A DNA stretch of 56,814 nt from Octopus bimaculoides (lineage: Eukaryota). The notes beneath the pieces were generated by a model that saw nothing but the letters and a program-made list of their open reading frames with translations, searched no databases and was not told the origin of the DNA. Position numbers and translations under genes: made by a program. Location: positions 41,660,501 through 41,717,314 of the forward strand of contig NC_068993.1 of assembly GCF_001194135.2 (NCBI RefSeq), written 5' to 3'. This document shows, in pieces, positions 1 through 11,778 of the stretch (position 1 is its first letter; the number at the start of each line of letters is the position of its first letter).

Positions 1-104
1 TGAATAATATATATGTAGTCTATTGACTATTTTTTTATTCTCGCTGGACCACTGGTGGTAAATTAAATTTCTAAAATTTATTTTGCTGCCCTATGATTAA
101 TAAT

Positions 105-164
<60 letters not shown>
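105..164. repeat. (GATA)n microsatellite
   Basis: Perfect GATA tandem run read directly. Confidence 0.97.
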
Positions 165-1443
165 TATGTGTATGGATGTACGTATGTCTGGATTTATAGT
201 TGTTTGTCTATTCAGCTAGCATACTCAACGTATCTATGTATAACCATGGTAAAAGGATGCTTTTGTGATCAGAAGCAGACATTATGTATGTCCTTATACA
301 GATGGAAAGACAGAGAAATATATAGACAAAGCTGCGATGAGTATGTGCGACTGTGGCATCAGTGTAGAAAGAGGCATGATTATGAAGAAATCAATAAACT
401 TAAGGAAGTATTTGTATAGAATACGCTATCAGCAATAAATGCCGTGTCTACTGAAGTGTTGACATCTTTCACAAAATTTAGATTAGTCAATGCTAGGAGA
501 TTAGTTGGCATTTCCAATCGATTGTATCTATTGGACTCACTAGCCAGGAATCGTGAGCTTCTCGCAGACAAGGATTACTGGTAATTTTATCTCAGAGAAA
601 TGCACCCTTTTCTTTTGCGTCGTGTAACTCTTTTGATAAGATTAATTAAACAATGGCGAAGCTCTTATTGTATCTATGTAAGCGAAGAAAATAGTTTGTC
701 AATAGATCGCATGCTACGTTATGACCCTTGAGTAGGGCGTGCTAGATTGAAGAAATGGAATTATATTACTTTTACATAGAAAGGATTAATTAAACTAATC
801 GAATTTTTATAAGCCACTGTTTACTAAACAGAATAAGAATAATATTAAGTTGTACGAAATTAATTTCAATGTGAGACATTAGGCTCGTTTTGTATCTGTG
901 GAACGTAACTAACGAATGCTTTTCCAAAGCAGTCCGGTAGTTAACTGCCTCTAACTGTTATCAATACACTTAAATACACAGATTGTCATAGATTCCACAT
1001 TACAATGTTGGAAATTAACTCTTGCAAGCCTATTTTATGAGATTTTGCAGATATTATATATATCATGTGAACAACAATAGAGTAGCGTATATAACACAAT
1101 ATTGGAATGGAAGGTGGTTATTATGAAATCCCGGAGGGTATACACTGTCAAAAATGTGTTATAGTCTTCCATATATGCAGTTTCAGTAGAACAATATAAG
1201 TTTATGAAGTTATTGCATGGTTATTATCTTCTTCAGATTGAAACTATTTGGTCTTTTAAGAGTTATACTTGTCTGGCAAGTGTTTTGATCCGAGAGCGTG
1301 AGTTAAAACTAAAGCATTGACTCATTTTAGCCATTGAAAAACACATGGAAGCTGTGATCTTCAGTTAACCAATTATTACTTGGTATCAAAACTTTCGTCG
1401 CACTGTCTGCGACCTGGTCGCTGACACTGCTCCACAGCAGATC

Positions 1444-1502
1444 CACTGCTACTGTGCTGTGAAATTCCACTAGCGGAATTTCACAGCGCTGTAGCAGCAG
1501 TG
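1444..1502. other. Long hairpin / inverted repeat (23-bp stem, 6-nt loop)
   Basis: CTGCTACTGTGCTGTGAAATTCC (1446-1468), loop ACTAGC, GGAATTTCACAGCGCTGTAGCAG (1475-1497); 21/23 Watson-Crick pairs, one G-U and one mismatch. Confidence 0.85.
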
Positions 1503-2220
1503 AAGCTAAATCTAAATTTTAATTTTCGATTAAATATGCAAAAAAAAATATGAAATATTTTTGCATTAATTACCAAGCATGTTTTTATTTGCAATTTAAA
1601 CTCAATTTCCACGTAAATTAACTTCCAGAATATTCAGATGTCATAATCATCAGATATACTTTAGATGAAAGAAAGAAAAAAATATGGCCTAAAAAAAAAA
1701 TCGCTAAATTTTTCTGAACCTTGGACCAAAAACCATAAATCAAAGAAAATTACATTTTCTAAATTTGTTTTCTCTCACTTGATGTTTTAACCATCAATTA
1801 AACTTAACAAAAGTAACAATAAAAATGACTGATTGACGGATGGTTATCGACTTAATAGTTAATAGACAATCATAATGCTGGCTTTATACAGTTACTATTT
1901 GGTGTTTAGTGCAATAATGGTTATTTATGGTTCTTAAATTATAATAGCAATATCATAGGGTATCAAAGATAATAATCATTATGTTGATAATTACAATGAT
2001 TTTCTTTATTGGCCACAAGGACAGCAATAATATTCAAACATTATGGTACAAAAACATGGACTAATCGCACACAAGCACAGACGCCCACATAATAAACACA
2101 CAGAAACATAAATTTGACACAAAATGAAGCAAAATGACTTTTAACATATAATATTGGTATGAAATATTAGCACAAGGTGCCTTTCACCACCTTAATATTG
2201 ATATTAATATACAATGACAT

Positions 2221-2431
2221 GAGAGAGAGATGAGCTGGCAGATTTTAGCAGGCCGAGCGAAATACTTACCGACATTTTGGCCGTCTTAACGGTCTGAGTT
2301 CAAATTGCGCATAGGTCGATTTTGACTTTCATCATTTCGCAGTCGATAAGTAGCAGTTGAGCACTGGGGTCGAAATAATCGACTTACCCACTACCCGAAA
2401 TTGCTGGTCTTGTGCTAAAATTTGAAACCAG
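2221..2431 (+). mobile_element. SINE family A copy flanked by 13-bp direct repeat
   Basis: Matches other family A copies in the window (GAGCTGGCAG...CTGAGTTCAAAT...GTCGATAA...GGGGTCGA...CTTGTGC); TATACAATGACAT at 2208-2220 and 2432-2444. Confidence 0.85.
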
Positions 2432-2777
2432 TATACAATGACATACATATATATAACTGTATGTTTATGCGTATATTTATATACATATGTATGTGTATGA
2501 GATGGTCTTGGTTCCAATCCTGTTGTTTGACATTTGGGGCGTCTTAGTGTTGTGAGTGAAATGTTTTTTAGATAAAACTGTCTACAATACTATGTAGTGT
2601 GTATATGTGTGTGTATATGTGTGTGTGTTTATGTATATGTGTGTGCGCGTGTGTTGTGCGTGTGTGTATGTGTGTGAGTGTGTGTGTATGTGTGTGTAAA
2701 TGTCGAACAATGAGGATGAGTGCTCAACATCACGTTGGTGGAGAAAATTTGTTTATTTGCGTATTTAAGCTACTAAT

Positions 2778-2888
2778 TGCGACGGACTCGCGTCTCGTCC
2801 AAGCGGGGGACCTATACGCCAATAAAACCAGAAAACCGACCCTTATGAGCCATGCATGGCTCGAGAAGGAACAAACAACAACAACAAG
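2778..2888 (+). mobile_element. 5'-truncated retroposon 3' end with (AAC)n tail and 9-bp TSD; Meta/V-SINE-like 3' region
   Basis: GCTACTAAT at 2769-2777 and 2889-2897 flanks TGCGACGGACTCGCGTCTCGTCC...GGCTCGAGAAGGA plus an AAC-repeat tail. Family label is from recalled similarity only. Confidence 0.75.
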
Positions 2889-2979
2889 GCTACTAATGGT
2901 TTCACTGCTCTTGGTCTGTTAACAGCTAAGCGTTCAGGCGAGTATACTGGTATTGATGTAGCAACATTTGAGATGTTGT

Positions 2980-3073
2980 CCAGGTAAATCCAGCTGATGA
3001 AGACTAATCAAATATACGATGATAGACGTTTCTGAAGAGTTCGAAACCTAGGTACTGGATTATCCGATTCTGG
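2980..3073 (+). ncRNA. Type I hammerhead ribozyme motif (retroelement-associated)
   Basis: AATCCAG (2987-2993) pairs with CTGGATT (3055-3061); CTGATGA 2994-3000; GAAA 3043-3046; helix III C-CTAG-G 3047-3052; cleavage triplet GTA 3052-3054; distal CCAG (2980-2983)/CTGG (3070-3073) pairing. Confidence 0.75.
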
Positions 3074-3905
3074 TTGTCTATTTTCATAATGCTCTTCCTA
3101 GAGGTAAGACAACATTTTTTTATGTTTGCTGCCCTCACACGTCTTTGCCAGATGAAGCTTTGAAGCTTTGAAGCTTTACTATAGCATCGTGAATGTATCA
3201 ACAGTTATTACCGGTAAACATTGGTGCTTTGTTGTACCACTACTCTCTCTCTCTCTCTCTCTCTCNNNNNNNNNNNNNNNNNNNNNNNNNNNNNNNNNNN
3301 NNNNNNNNNNNNNNNNNNNNNNNNNNNNNNNNNNNNNNNNNNNNNNNNNNNNNNNNNNNNNNNNNNNNNNNNNNNNNNNNNNNNNNNNNNNNNNNNNNNN
3401 NNNNNNNNNNNNNNNNNNNNNNNNNNNNNNNNNNNNNNNNNNNNNNNNNNNNNNNNNNNNNNNNNNNNNNNNNNNNNNNNNNNNNNNNNNNNNNNNNNNN
3501 NNNNNNNNNNNNNNNNNNNNNNNNNNNNNNNNNNNNNNNNNNNNNNNNNNNNNNNNNNNNNNNNNNNNNNNNNNNNNNNNNNNNNNNNNNNNNNNNNNNN
3601 NNNNNNNNNNNNNNNNNNNNNNNNNNNNNNNNNNNNNNNNNNNNNNNNNNNNNNNNNNNNNNNNNNNNNNNNNNNNNNNNNNNNNNNNNNNNNNNNNNNN
3701 NNNNNNNNNNNNNNNNNNNNNNNNNNNNNNNNNNNNNNNNNNNNNNNNNNNNNNNNNNNNNNNNNNNNNNNNNNNNNNNNNNNNNNNNNNNNNNNNNNNN
3801 NNNNNNNNNNNNNNNNNNNNNNNNNNNNNNNNNNNNNNNNNNNNNNNNNNNNNNNNNNNNNNNNNNNNNNNNNNNNNNNNNNNNNNNNNNNNNNNNNNNN
3901 NNNNN

Positions 3906-3997
3906 TAATCCTTTCTACTAAAGGCACAACCCGTCAGACAAAATAGCGCTGAGCATTTCGCCCGGCGTGGTAACGATTCTGCCAGCTGGCCGCCTTC
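3906..3997 (-). mobile_element. SINE family A, internally deleted copy (head joined to tail)
   Basis: Reverse complement has the head AAGGCGGCCAGCTGGCAGAATCGTTACCACGCCGGGCGAAATGCTC and the tail TTGTGCCTTTAGTAGAAAGGATTA. Confidence 0.8.
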
Positions 3998-4674
3998 AAC
4001 TCTTCAATAATAATAACTACATGTTAAGTTTCTCTGTAAAAATATCTCCCAGTAGAAGTAGAAGTGAATGCAATATCTTGTATAAAAAAGAAATCATTCC
4101 TTATGTACAATTTTGTACAACTTACGTGCCTCAAGCGTATATAGATCTCAGAGGCGCTTGGAAAAATATGAAAGATTCTTTCTCTCTCCTTTATAGTAGC
4201 ATGAACTTACTTCTTCATAATCATCCATTATATCAATAATTTACAAATGTCAATTTTCTTTTGCAAGATCATCTTACATTGTTATGAATTCCTATTAGAA
4301 ATAGTCTTTCCTTAGTCTTCATCTTAAACAAAACAACAACTATTAATGTAAAGAGGTATTTTTCATTGCTACTACTCATTCCATTTCAAGATAGATAATT
4401 AAATCTACCATTAGTTATTAACATTGAATATCATCTTTAGATGAAATTAAGCAAATTAAAACCTACATGCGTCATCATTCTATTTTCTATTACTGAGTTG
4501 AATTTCCGCAATTGTCTAACATTCATTTCATTATTGATGTAGGTTTCCTTGTTGACTCTCAAGTAATTTATGACGTGATTGCTAATTGTATGCTTTTCAG
4601 AATTCGATCACTCGCTGGAGCAATAAATGCATACAAATAAACACACACACGAACACACACACACATACACACAA

Positions 4675-4713
<39 letters not shown>

Positions 4714-4866
4714 TAGTAAAAAGAATAAGGGAAGGGATTTAGTGGTTTATTTTGTCGATTTATTAAGTTTTGAATTCTACACTCTGTAAACCTATGAGTC
4801 ATACTTTGCTCCGAAGCACCTCTAGTAACCTTGTCAAGCTTGCCACATAGTGATGTGCGCGCGCGC

Positions 4867-4948
<82 letters not shown>

Positions 4949-4963
4949 ACACACACACACACA

Positions 4964-5000
<37 letters not shown>
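4867..5000. repeat. (CA)n microsatellite
   Basis: Long CA run with few interruptions; it produces the His/Thr and Cys/Val ORF artefacts. Confidence 0.97.
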
Positions 5001-5003
<3 letters not shown>

Positions 5004-5968
5004 ACATAGAGCTTGGTTGTACATGTATTCGTATGACTGCGTTTCTGAGAATTTATATGTCTTTAAATGTTGTGTGCTCCTAAGTGTTTCTGTGCTTGTG
5101 TGTTCGAATACATTCAAGTAATTAGCTATTATCTCAACTAGCATTAAAAAAAGAAAAACGAAACAAAGCGCCGATGCTGACAGTGAGATGCAGAGCGCCT
5201 GGACATCTAGTGTTGTTCGTAAACCATAACCTGAGTTCCATCAATGAGGAAAGGATAGATGGAGAATTTTCAGAATATAGCAGCATTGACGCGTCAAGTG
5301 TTAATAACCAGTTTAGCAGAGAACTAGAAATTCAATAGTATATAATATAATGTTCTGTATCAATTTAGAAACACAGTGAGTGGTGTCTGGGGCAATGTAC
5401 CAGCTGGGACTACCAATAATAAACGGAATTATATCTACAGAATCCAGAAAAGAAAGAAGAAAATTATCACATTTTGTAAGAAATACACCCACCAGCAACG
5501 AACAAATTTTCTGCTTGAAAATTCGGTGACCACATTATATTTCCTCGCTGTTAGATAAAAGCAAAAGATCAATGTACTAGACGCTTGAAGGTAGGTATAA
5601 ATATATCACACAGCTTGTTTATTGGAAAACCGAATTAGTATTTAGTCTCTAGTTGAACTCTTACTTATTAGAAAGGCTGGCAACCAGGAAGGAACATTTT
5701 AATGGATTTTGAAGTATTTTGGAGAATTACGTTCAACGATTACGGTTGGTGTATAATGACATAAACATACAAGAAATCATTATAGGAATTTAAAAGATGA
5801 GTATATGAAAGATCTCATTTCGTATGTCTGTATGGAGAATATATAATCTTCAATGCACACAGATATAATTATACATCTGTATGTAGTCCATCTCATCATT
5901 TGTAGGTCTGCTTCTTTGTGTTACAGTTTACATAATGTACGATGGTATCATTTCTCACTCTTCCTCTA

Positions 5969-6003
<35 letters not shown>

Positions 6004-6376
6004 NNNNNNNNNNNNNNNNNNNNNNNNNNNNNNNNNNNNNNNNNNNNNNNNNNNNNNNNNNNNNNNNNNNNNNNNNNNNNNNNNNNNNNNNNNNNNNNNN
6101 NNNNNNNNNNNNNNNNNNNNNNNNNNNNNNNNNNNNNNNNNNNNNNNNNNNNNNNNNNNNNNNNNNNNNNNNNNNNNNNNNNNNATATATATATATATGT
6201 ATGTATGAACGTATGTATGAATGTATGTATGTATGTATGTATGTATGTATGTATGTATATGAGTAAAGAGAGATAACTCAGAGGGGCCAATGGCATGCAT
6301 TTAGACAACATAGACAAATACAGGTACATCAAATACCATCTGACAAAAAATCATCTGTTATTTAAAATAATCTCAT

Positions 6377-6460
6377 ACTAGCTGGACCCGTGAAAAATTC
6401 ACGGAAAACATAAAAAAATGTAAGCATCTATAAACAGTGTACTGGTGCCATGAGAAATGT
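6377..6460 (-). mobile_element. Helitron-like 3' terminus
   Basis: Minus strand ends CCGTGAA-TTT-TTCACGG hairpin (6388-6404) then GTCCAG-CTAG-T, the hairpin-plus-CTAG arrangement of Helitron 3' ends. Confidence 0.6.
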
Positions 6461-6470
6461 TTGTATATTA

Positions 6471-6622
6471 TGACCGTCTGTCTTAACGTTCTGAGTTCAA
6501 ATTCTGTAGAGATCGACTTTGCCTTTCGTCCTTCGGGGTCGATAAATTAAGTATCAGTTGTGTACTGGGTCGATCTAATTAACTGGCCCCCTCCCCGCAA
6601 AAAATTCAGGCCTAGAAAAATA
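6471..6622 (+). mobile_element. SINE family A (5' truncated)
   Basis: GTTCTGAGTTCAAATTC...GACTTTGCCTTTCGTCCTTCGGGGTCGATAAATTAAGTA...GGCCCCCTCCCC, shared with other copies. Confidence 0.9.
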
Positions 6623-6924
6623 TATTGTGACAGTTACAGAATACAGAAAGTAATGTAAGACCAATAACTATGATCCGACCAAAATATCTGTTACACAAAC
6701 GTAAACGGAATTACTATTTAACCTTAAAATACATCGTACATATTCAAAGAACCTAAATGTACAAATTCAAATGTAAAAGAACGAAATAGTAAATGGATTT
6801 ATGAATGAGAGTTTGGTAATTGTGTTTATTTCCACCACGCGACACTTATTATTGCAAGCATGTTTTAACTAACCTAAGCTATACACATATACAAATACAT
6901 TCATATATATATATATATATATGT

Positions 6925-7050
6925 CTCGGGTTGTAGCTGTAATTCAAAGGAGCCAGCCTTGTCATATTCTGTGTGAGGCTGAATTTCCCTGAGAACTGCG
7001 TTAATGTTATGTATGTCTGTGGAGTACTCAGCCATTTGTGAGTTAATTTT
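6925..7050 (+). mobile_element. SINE family C 3' body fragment
   Basis: CTGTAATTCAAAGG...CCTGAGAACTGCGTTAA...TGTCTGTGGAGTACTCAGC is homologous to 44010-44120. Confidence 0.7.
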
Positions 7051-7472
7051 ATTCTCGTATGGTAATGAAAAGTGAAATTGACATCTAATATTTGCTGTGT
7101 GTATGCATCTATGTATGAACCTTTCTTTGGATTTATGTATCTACTGTTTCTCTCACTTTCTCTCTCTATTTCACTTCCTTTGTGCCCCTCTTCTCTCCCG
7201 CTTTTGATTTAATAATGTGTATATGTATTTAGGTATCTACTTCTCTTGCGATATGATCAACATTTAAAAACACGAAACGAACGCCGTCACCGCTCACTGT
7301 CTCTTTCACTTCCTCTCTCTTTCCCTCTCACTTTTTCCCTGTCTCTCACTATCTTTCTTTCTCTCTTACGTTCTCTGTGAATCATTTAAAATCACAAGAC
7401 GAAAGCTGTCTCCACTCACTGTCTCTTTCACTCTCTCTCTCTTTCTCTCTCATTCTCCCTTTCATTCTCACT

Positions 7473-7570
7473 CTCTCTCTCTCTTTCTTCCTCTCTGTCC
7501 TCCTCTCTCTCTTTCTTCCTCTCTGTCCTCCTCTCTCTCTTTCTTCCTCTCTGTCCTCCTCTCTCTCTCT
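7473..7570. repeat. CT-rich minisatellite, about 28-bp unit x3
   Basis: CTCTCTCTCTTTCTTCCTCTCTGTCCTC repeated about three times. Confidence 0.85.
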
Positions 7571-8136
7571 CGCTTTGCCACTTCTTTGAAGTAAGAGTAA
7601 CGCACACAAAACGTACGTGCAAAAACAAAAAGTGAGCGTATNNNNNNNNNNNNNNNNNNNNNNNNNNNNNNNNNNNNNNNNNNNNNNNNNNNNNNNNNNN
7701 NNNNNNNNNNNNNNNNNNNNNNNNNNNNNNNNNNNNNNNNNNNNNNNNNNNNNNNNNNNNNNNNNNNNNNNNNNNNNNNNNNNNNNNNNNNNNNNNNNNN
7801 NNNNNNNNNNNNNNNNNNNNNNNNNNNNNNNNNNNNNNNNNNNNNNNNNNNNNNNNNNNNNNNNNNNNNNNNNNNNNNNNNNNNNNNNNNNNNNNNNNNN
7901 NNNNNNNNNNNNNNNNNNNNNNNNNNNNNNNNNNNNNNNNNNNNNNNNNNNNNNNNNNNNNNNNNNNNNNNNNNNNNNNNNNNNNNNNNNNNNNNNNNNN
8001 NNNNNNNNNNNNNNNNNNNNNNNNNNNNNNNNNNNNNNNNNNNNNNNNNNNNNNNNNNNNNNNNNNNNNNNNNNNNNNNNNNNNNNNNNNNNNNNNNNNN
8101 NNNNNNNNNNNNNNNNNNNNNNNNNNNNNNNNNNNN

Positions 8137-8925
8137 CAAAATCATTAAATTTAGCTGCAAATAAATTTTATTGACATCAATGTGTTCATATTGAATTGAC
8201 ATCTGTCAAAATCAAGTGTGGAGAACAACATCCATCATGTGGTGTCCGTTTTCACTGATGCATTTCTGAAGGCGTTCTTGGAAGTTGGCCCCCTCACTCT
8301 CTCTCCACTCGATTTGGACGACTTCCACGTGAACAGCTGCCTTCAAATCGTCCAGCATGGGGCTTATGCGCATACACACATAACTTGACGTTTCCCCACA
8401 AGAAATAATCATACATGGAGAAATCAGGGGACGAAGGGGGCCAAGGAATGTCAGCAAACGTGGAAATGAGGCGGTCACCGAAGTGAAGGCGAAGAGAATC
8501 CATTGATGCTCTGGCTATGTGTGCCGTCGCTCCATCCTGCTGAAATCACACACGTCGAATAGACATACGTTTTCATCGTAATCCAGGCACAAAGATATTG
8601 TTTATCATTTCTATGTAACGCTTGGATTTCATAACTGGATTTCCATTATTGTCTTCAAGTATGCATTAATGACGGCAGCTTTTCCAACAGCTCACCAGAC
8701 CATCACTTTTTGGCTTTCATGCAGTATTCTCGGATTTTCAAGAGCCCAACAACGACAGTTCTGATGATTCACCATGCCGTGAGAGGAAAATAAGCTTCAT
8801 CACTCATTAACAAAATGAGGTTATTATTTGCCTCAAAAATTGATTCCATCTGACGTGCGAAGTTAAGCCGCTGTGCCCATAATTGAAAGTATAATATGGC
8901 GACAATTTACTCATCGCAACATATA
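8137..8925 (-). mobile_element. Decayed Tc1/mariner-superfamily transposase, DD41D (rosa-like) spacing
   Basis: Minus strand gives ...RLNFARQM...LLMSDEAYF..., NHQNCRCWALENP, *FQQDGATAHIARASMDSLRLHFGDRLISTFADIPWPPSSPDFSMYDYFLWG...GHHMMDVVLHT*. There are 41 residues between the QQD aspartate and the final D. Stops and frameshifts are present. Confidence 0.92.
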
Positions 8926-9221
8926 TGTATGCATGTATGTTTGTATGTATGTAATGCTCTCTTCTCTTTACTACTTGATTTGTCTTTTATTCTGTCTCTT
9001 AACTCTCTATACTACTCCTAATAGCTAACTATATATAAACGCTTCATCCGAAAGTAAATTTTGTAGTATTTGCTTCCCTGTCTGAAGAATTTCTAATAGG
9101 AAATCTCTTACATGTTTCTTCAACACGTACAGCTTTGTGATACCTATTAGCAAATAAAACGTTTAATGGTGAATAAATGATACCAATATTTTTTCCAACC
9201 TCCTGTTTTGTTTTATATATA

Positions 9222-9385
9222 GTTACTGGCGTAGCTGTGCGGTAAGAACCTTGCTTCCCAATCACATGGTTCCGGGTTCAGTCTTACTGCGTGGCACATT
9301 GTGCAAGTGTCTTCTACTAGAGCCTCGGACTGACCAAAGTCTTGTCAGTGGATATGGTCGATGGGATCTGGAAGTAGTAGGTCGT
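9222..9385 (+). mobile_element. SINE family B head
   Basis: GGCGTAGCTGTGCGGTAAG (A-box-like), GGTTCAGTC (B-box-like), TGTGCAAGTGTCTTCTACTA core, followed by a microsatellite and gap. Confidence 0.9.
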
Positions 9386-10834
9386 ATGTATGTATATGTG
9401 TGTATGTGCTGTGTGTGTGTGTGTGTGTNNNNNNNNNNNNNNNNNNNNNNNNNNNNNNNNNNNNNNNNNNNNNNNNNNNNNNNNNNNNNNNNNNNNNNNN
9501 NNNNNNNNNNNNNNNNNNNNNNNNNNNNNNNNNNNNNNNNNNNNNNNNNNNNNNNNNNNNNNNNNNNNNNNNNNNNNNNNNNNNNNNNNNNNNNNNNNNN
9601 NNNNNNNNNNNNNNNNNNNNNNNNNNNNNNNNNNNNNNNNNNNNNNNNNNNNNNNNNNNNNNNNNNNNNNNNNNNNNNNNNNNNNNNNNNNNNNNNNNNN
9701 NNNNNNNNNNNNNNNNNNNNNNNNNNNNNNNNNNNNNNNNNNNNNNNNNNNNNNNNNNNNNNNNNNNNNNNNNNNNNNNNNNNNNNNNNNNNNNNNNNNN
9801 NNNNNNNNNNNNNNNNNNNNNNNNNNNNNNNNNNNNNNNNNNNNNNNNNNNNNNNNNNNNNNNNNNNNNNNNNNNNNNNNNNNNNNNNNNNNNNNNNNNN
9901 NNNNNNNNNNNNNNNNNNNNNNNNNNNNNNNNNNNNNNNNNNNNNNNNNNNNNNNNNNNNNNNNNNNNNNNNNNNNNNNNNNNNNNNNNNNNNNNNNNNN
10001 NNNNNNNNNNNNNNNNNNNNNNNNNNNNNNNNNNNNNNNNNNNNNNNNNNNNNNNNNNNNNNNNNNNNNNNNNNNNNNNNNNNNNNNNNNNNNNNNNNNN
10101 NNNNNNNNNNNNNNNNNNNNNNNNNNNNNNNNNNNNNNNNNNNNNNNNNNNNNNNNNNNNNNNNNNNNNNNNNNNNNNNNNNNNNNNNNNNNNNNNNNNN
10201 NNNNNNNNNNNNNNNNNNNNNNNNNNNNNNNNNNNNNNNNNNNNNNNNNNNNNNNNNNNNNNNNNNNNNNNNNNNNNNNNNNNNNNNNNNNNNNNNNNNN
10301 NNNNNNNNNNNNNNNNNNNNAGAGAGAGAGAGAGAAATAGAGAGAGTGTGAGTGTATGTGCGTGTGTGTGTGAGAGAGAGAGTGATAGAGATAGAGAGAG
10401 AGAGTGAGAGAGAGAGAGAGTGTGTGTGTGTATCTATGTATGGCCGAGAGAGAGTTAACTGAATTTTTTTAATTCACTTTTGTAGAGTGAATGTGTGAAT
10501 GACTGATAGAGAGAAGGAGAGAGAGGTTCTGTATGTTTGTATGTATGTATGTATGTATATATGAAGGGCTTTGGCTGACTGTCATCCTGTACTCCCCTTG
10601 TTGCTAGCAACTAGTTTGTTTTAATGGCGGAAGAAAGAGGGGAATTCCATTAGAATCAATTTTCTCGGTAACTATGGGAGCTAGGAAGAAAATACAAACT
10701 GCCTTCCAATCTATGTACCCATCTCCATATGTGTGCCATTTTTCACGTGAATCCATCCAACCGTTTGGCTGTGAACCTCAAGACAAGAAAGAATACAACG
10801 ATCGCCCATGTCCAATTTATATTATATATATATA

Positions 10835-11010
10835 GTTGAAATTTACAGGAAAATCAAAAGAGGAAGACAGGTGTATGAACAACAAGCAGGTATATTAGTT
10901 TGACGCTCGGGAAAGTGAGGAATCTTTAACGTTTCGAGCCTACGCTCTTCAGCAGAAAGGAACAAGAGAAAATAATCCGAGAGAGAATATAAAACTTGTG
11001 GATTTAGCGA
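10835..11010 (-). mobile_element. Probable Penelope-like terminal repeat fragment with minimal hammerhead-like motif
   Basis: Minus strand CTTTCTG-CTGAAGA-GCGTAGGCTC-GAAA-CG-TT-AAAG at 10959-10924; resembles the CUGANGA...GAAACGU motifs of Penelope-like element termini. Confidence 0.5.
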
Positions 11011-11778
11011 TCAAGCAAGGCGACTGGTTGGGAAAAAATGGCTTGATAGGAGAGGTAGAAAGAAGGAGAGAGAATGAAATATTGGTGATCCCAAAACAAA
11101 GGTGCGTGTGCGTATCTGTATGTGAGAATGTGTGTGTGTTTGTGGATAGGGGCTAGTGACTTTGATGGGTGGATGTGTGTACGTGCGTCTGTAATACGTG
11201 GGTGTGTGGATGACAGAGTGCGGATGTTCAGATGATGGTGTGTGGTGTGGGTGCGGGAAGTGGTCAGTGCTTGTATGTGTGGAGTGGTGTAGGTTGTTGT
11301 GGAGTGGTGTGGTGGTGTATAGTGTGGTGTGGANNNNNNNNNNGTATAGTGTGGTGTGGAGGTGGTGTGTGGAGATTTAGGATGAGGGTGGAGGTGAGGA
11401 TATGGATGTGGATGGAGGGGGTGGTGGTGTATATATATATTTCTTATTGGAAAAGTGTATCTCGAAATACATAAAGCTATGAAAAATAGTATGATCACAA
11501 TATGTAAATATTGGGTTGAAAATTCTCTTGGTTAGAAAAAGTCGAAGGCCGACAAGCGTTATAACATTGGACAAATGGAATCCTTCGAAATTTGTTATCC
11601 GTTTTAGAAACTAATCTTACTGGCGAAAATCATATATTGCTCAAGTCGTAGGAATTATAGAAACTTTCTCGAGAGCGTAAAGTAATGCTTCTCTTGAAAC
11701 TGAAGATATCGAAGCGCATAAAGCTATACGCTGTAAATCTTAGTTTGAAAAGATCGTTTTTGTATTAAAAAAAAAAGT

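Noticed and set aside
168-585. 83-aa ORF and adjacent open frame (...LYLLDSLARNRELLADKDYW)
   Set aside because: No recognisable domain; starts in microsatellite flank; weak splice support.
5140-5560. Protein-looking frames on both strands (e.g. [16 protein letters not shown])
   Set aside because: Short, no consistent acceptor and donor pair, no homology recognised.
11004-11498. His/Pro/Thr-rich 164-aa ORF
   Set aside because: Low-complexity (GTG/GGTGT)n satellite containing a gap.
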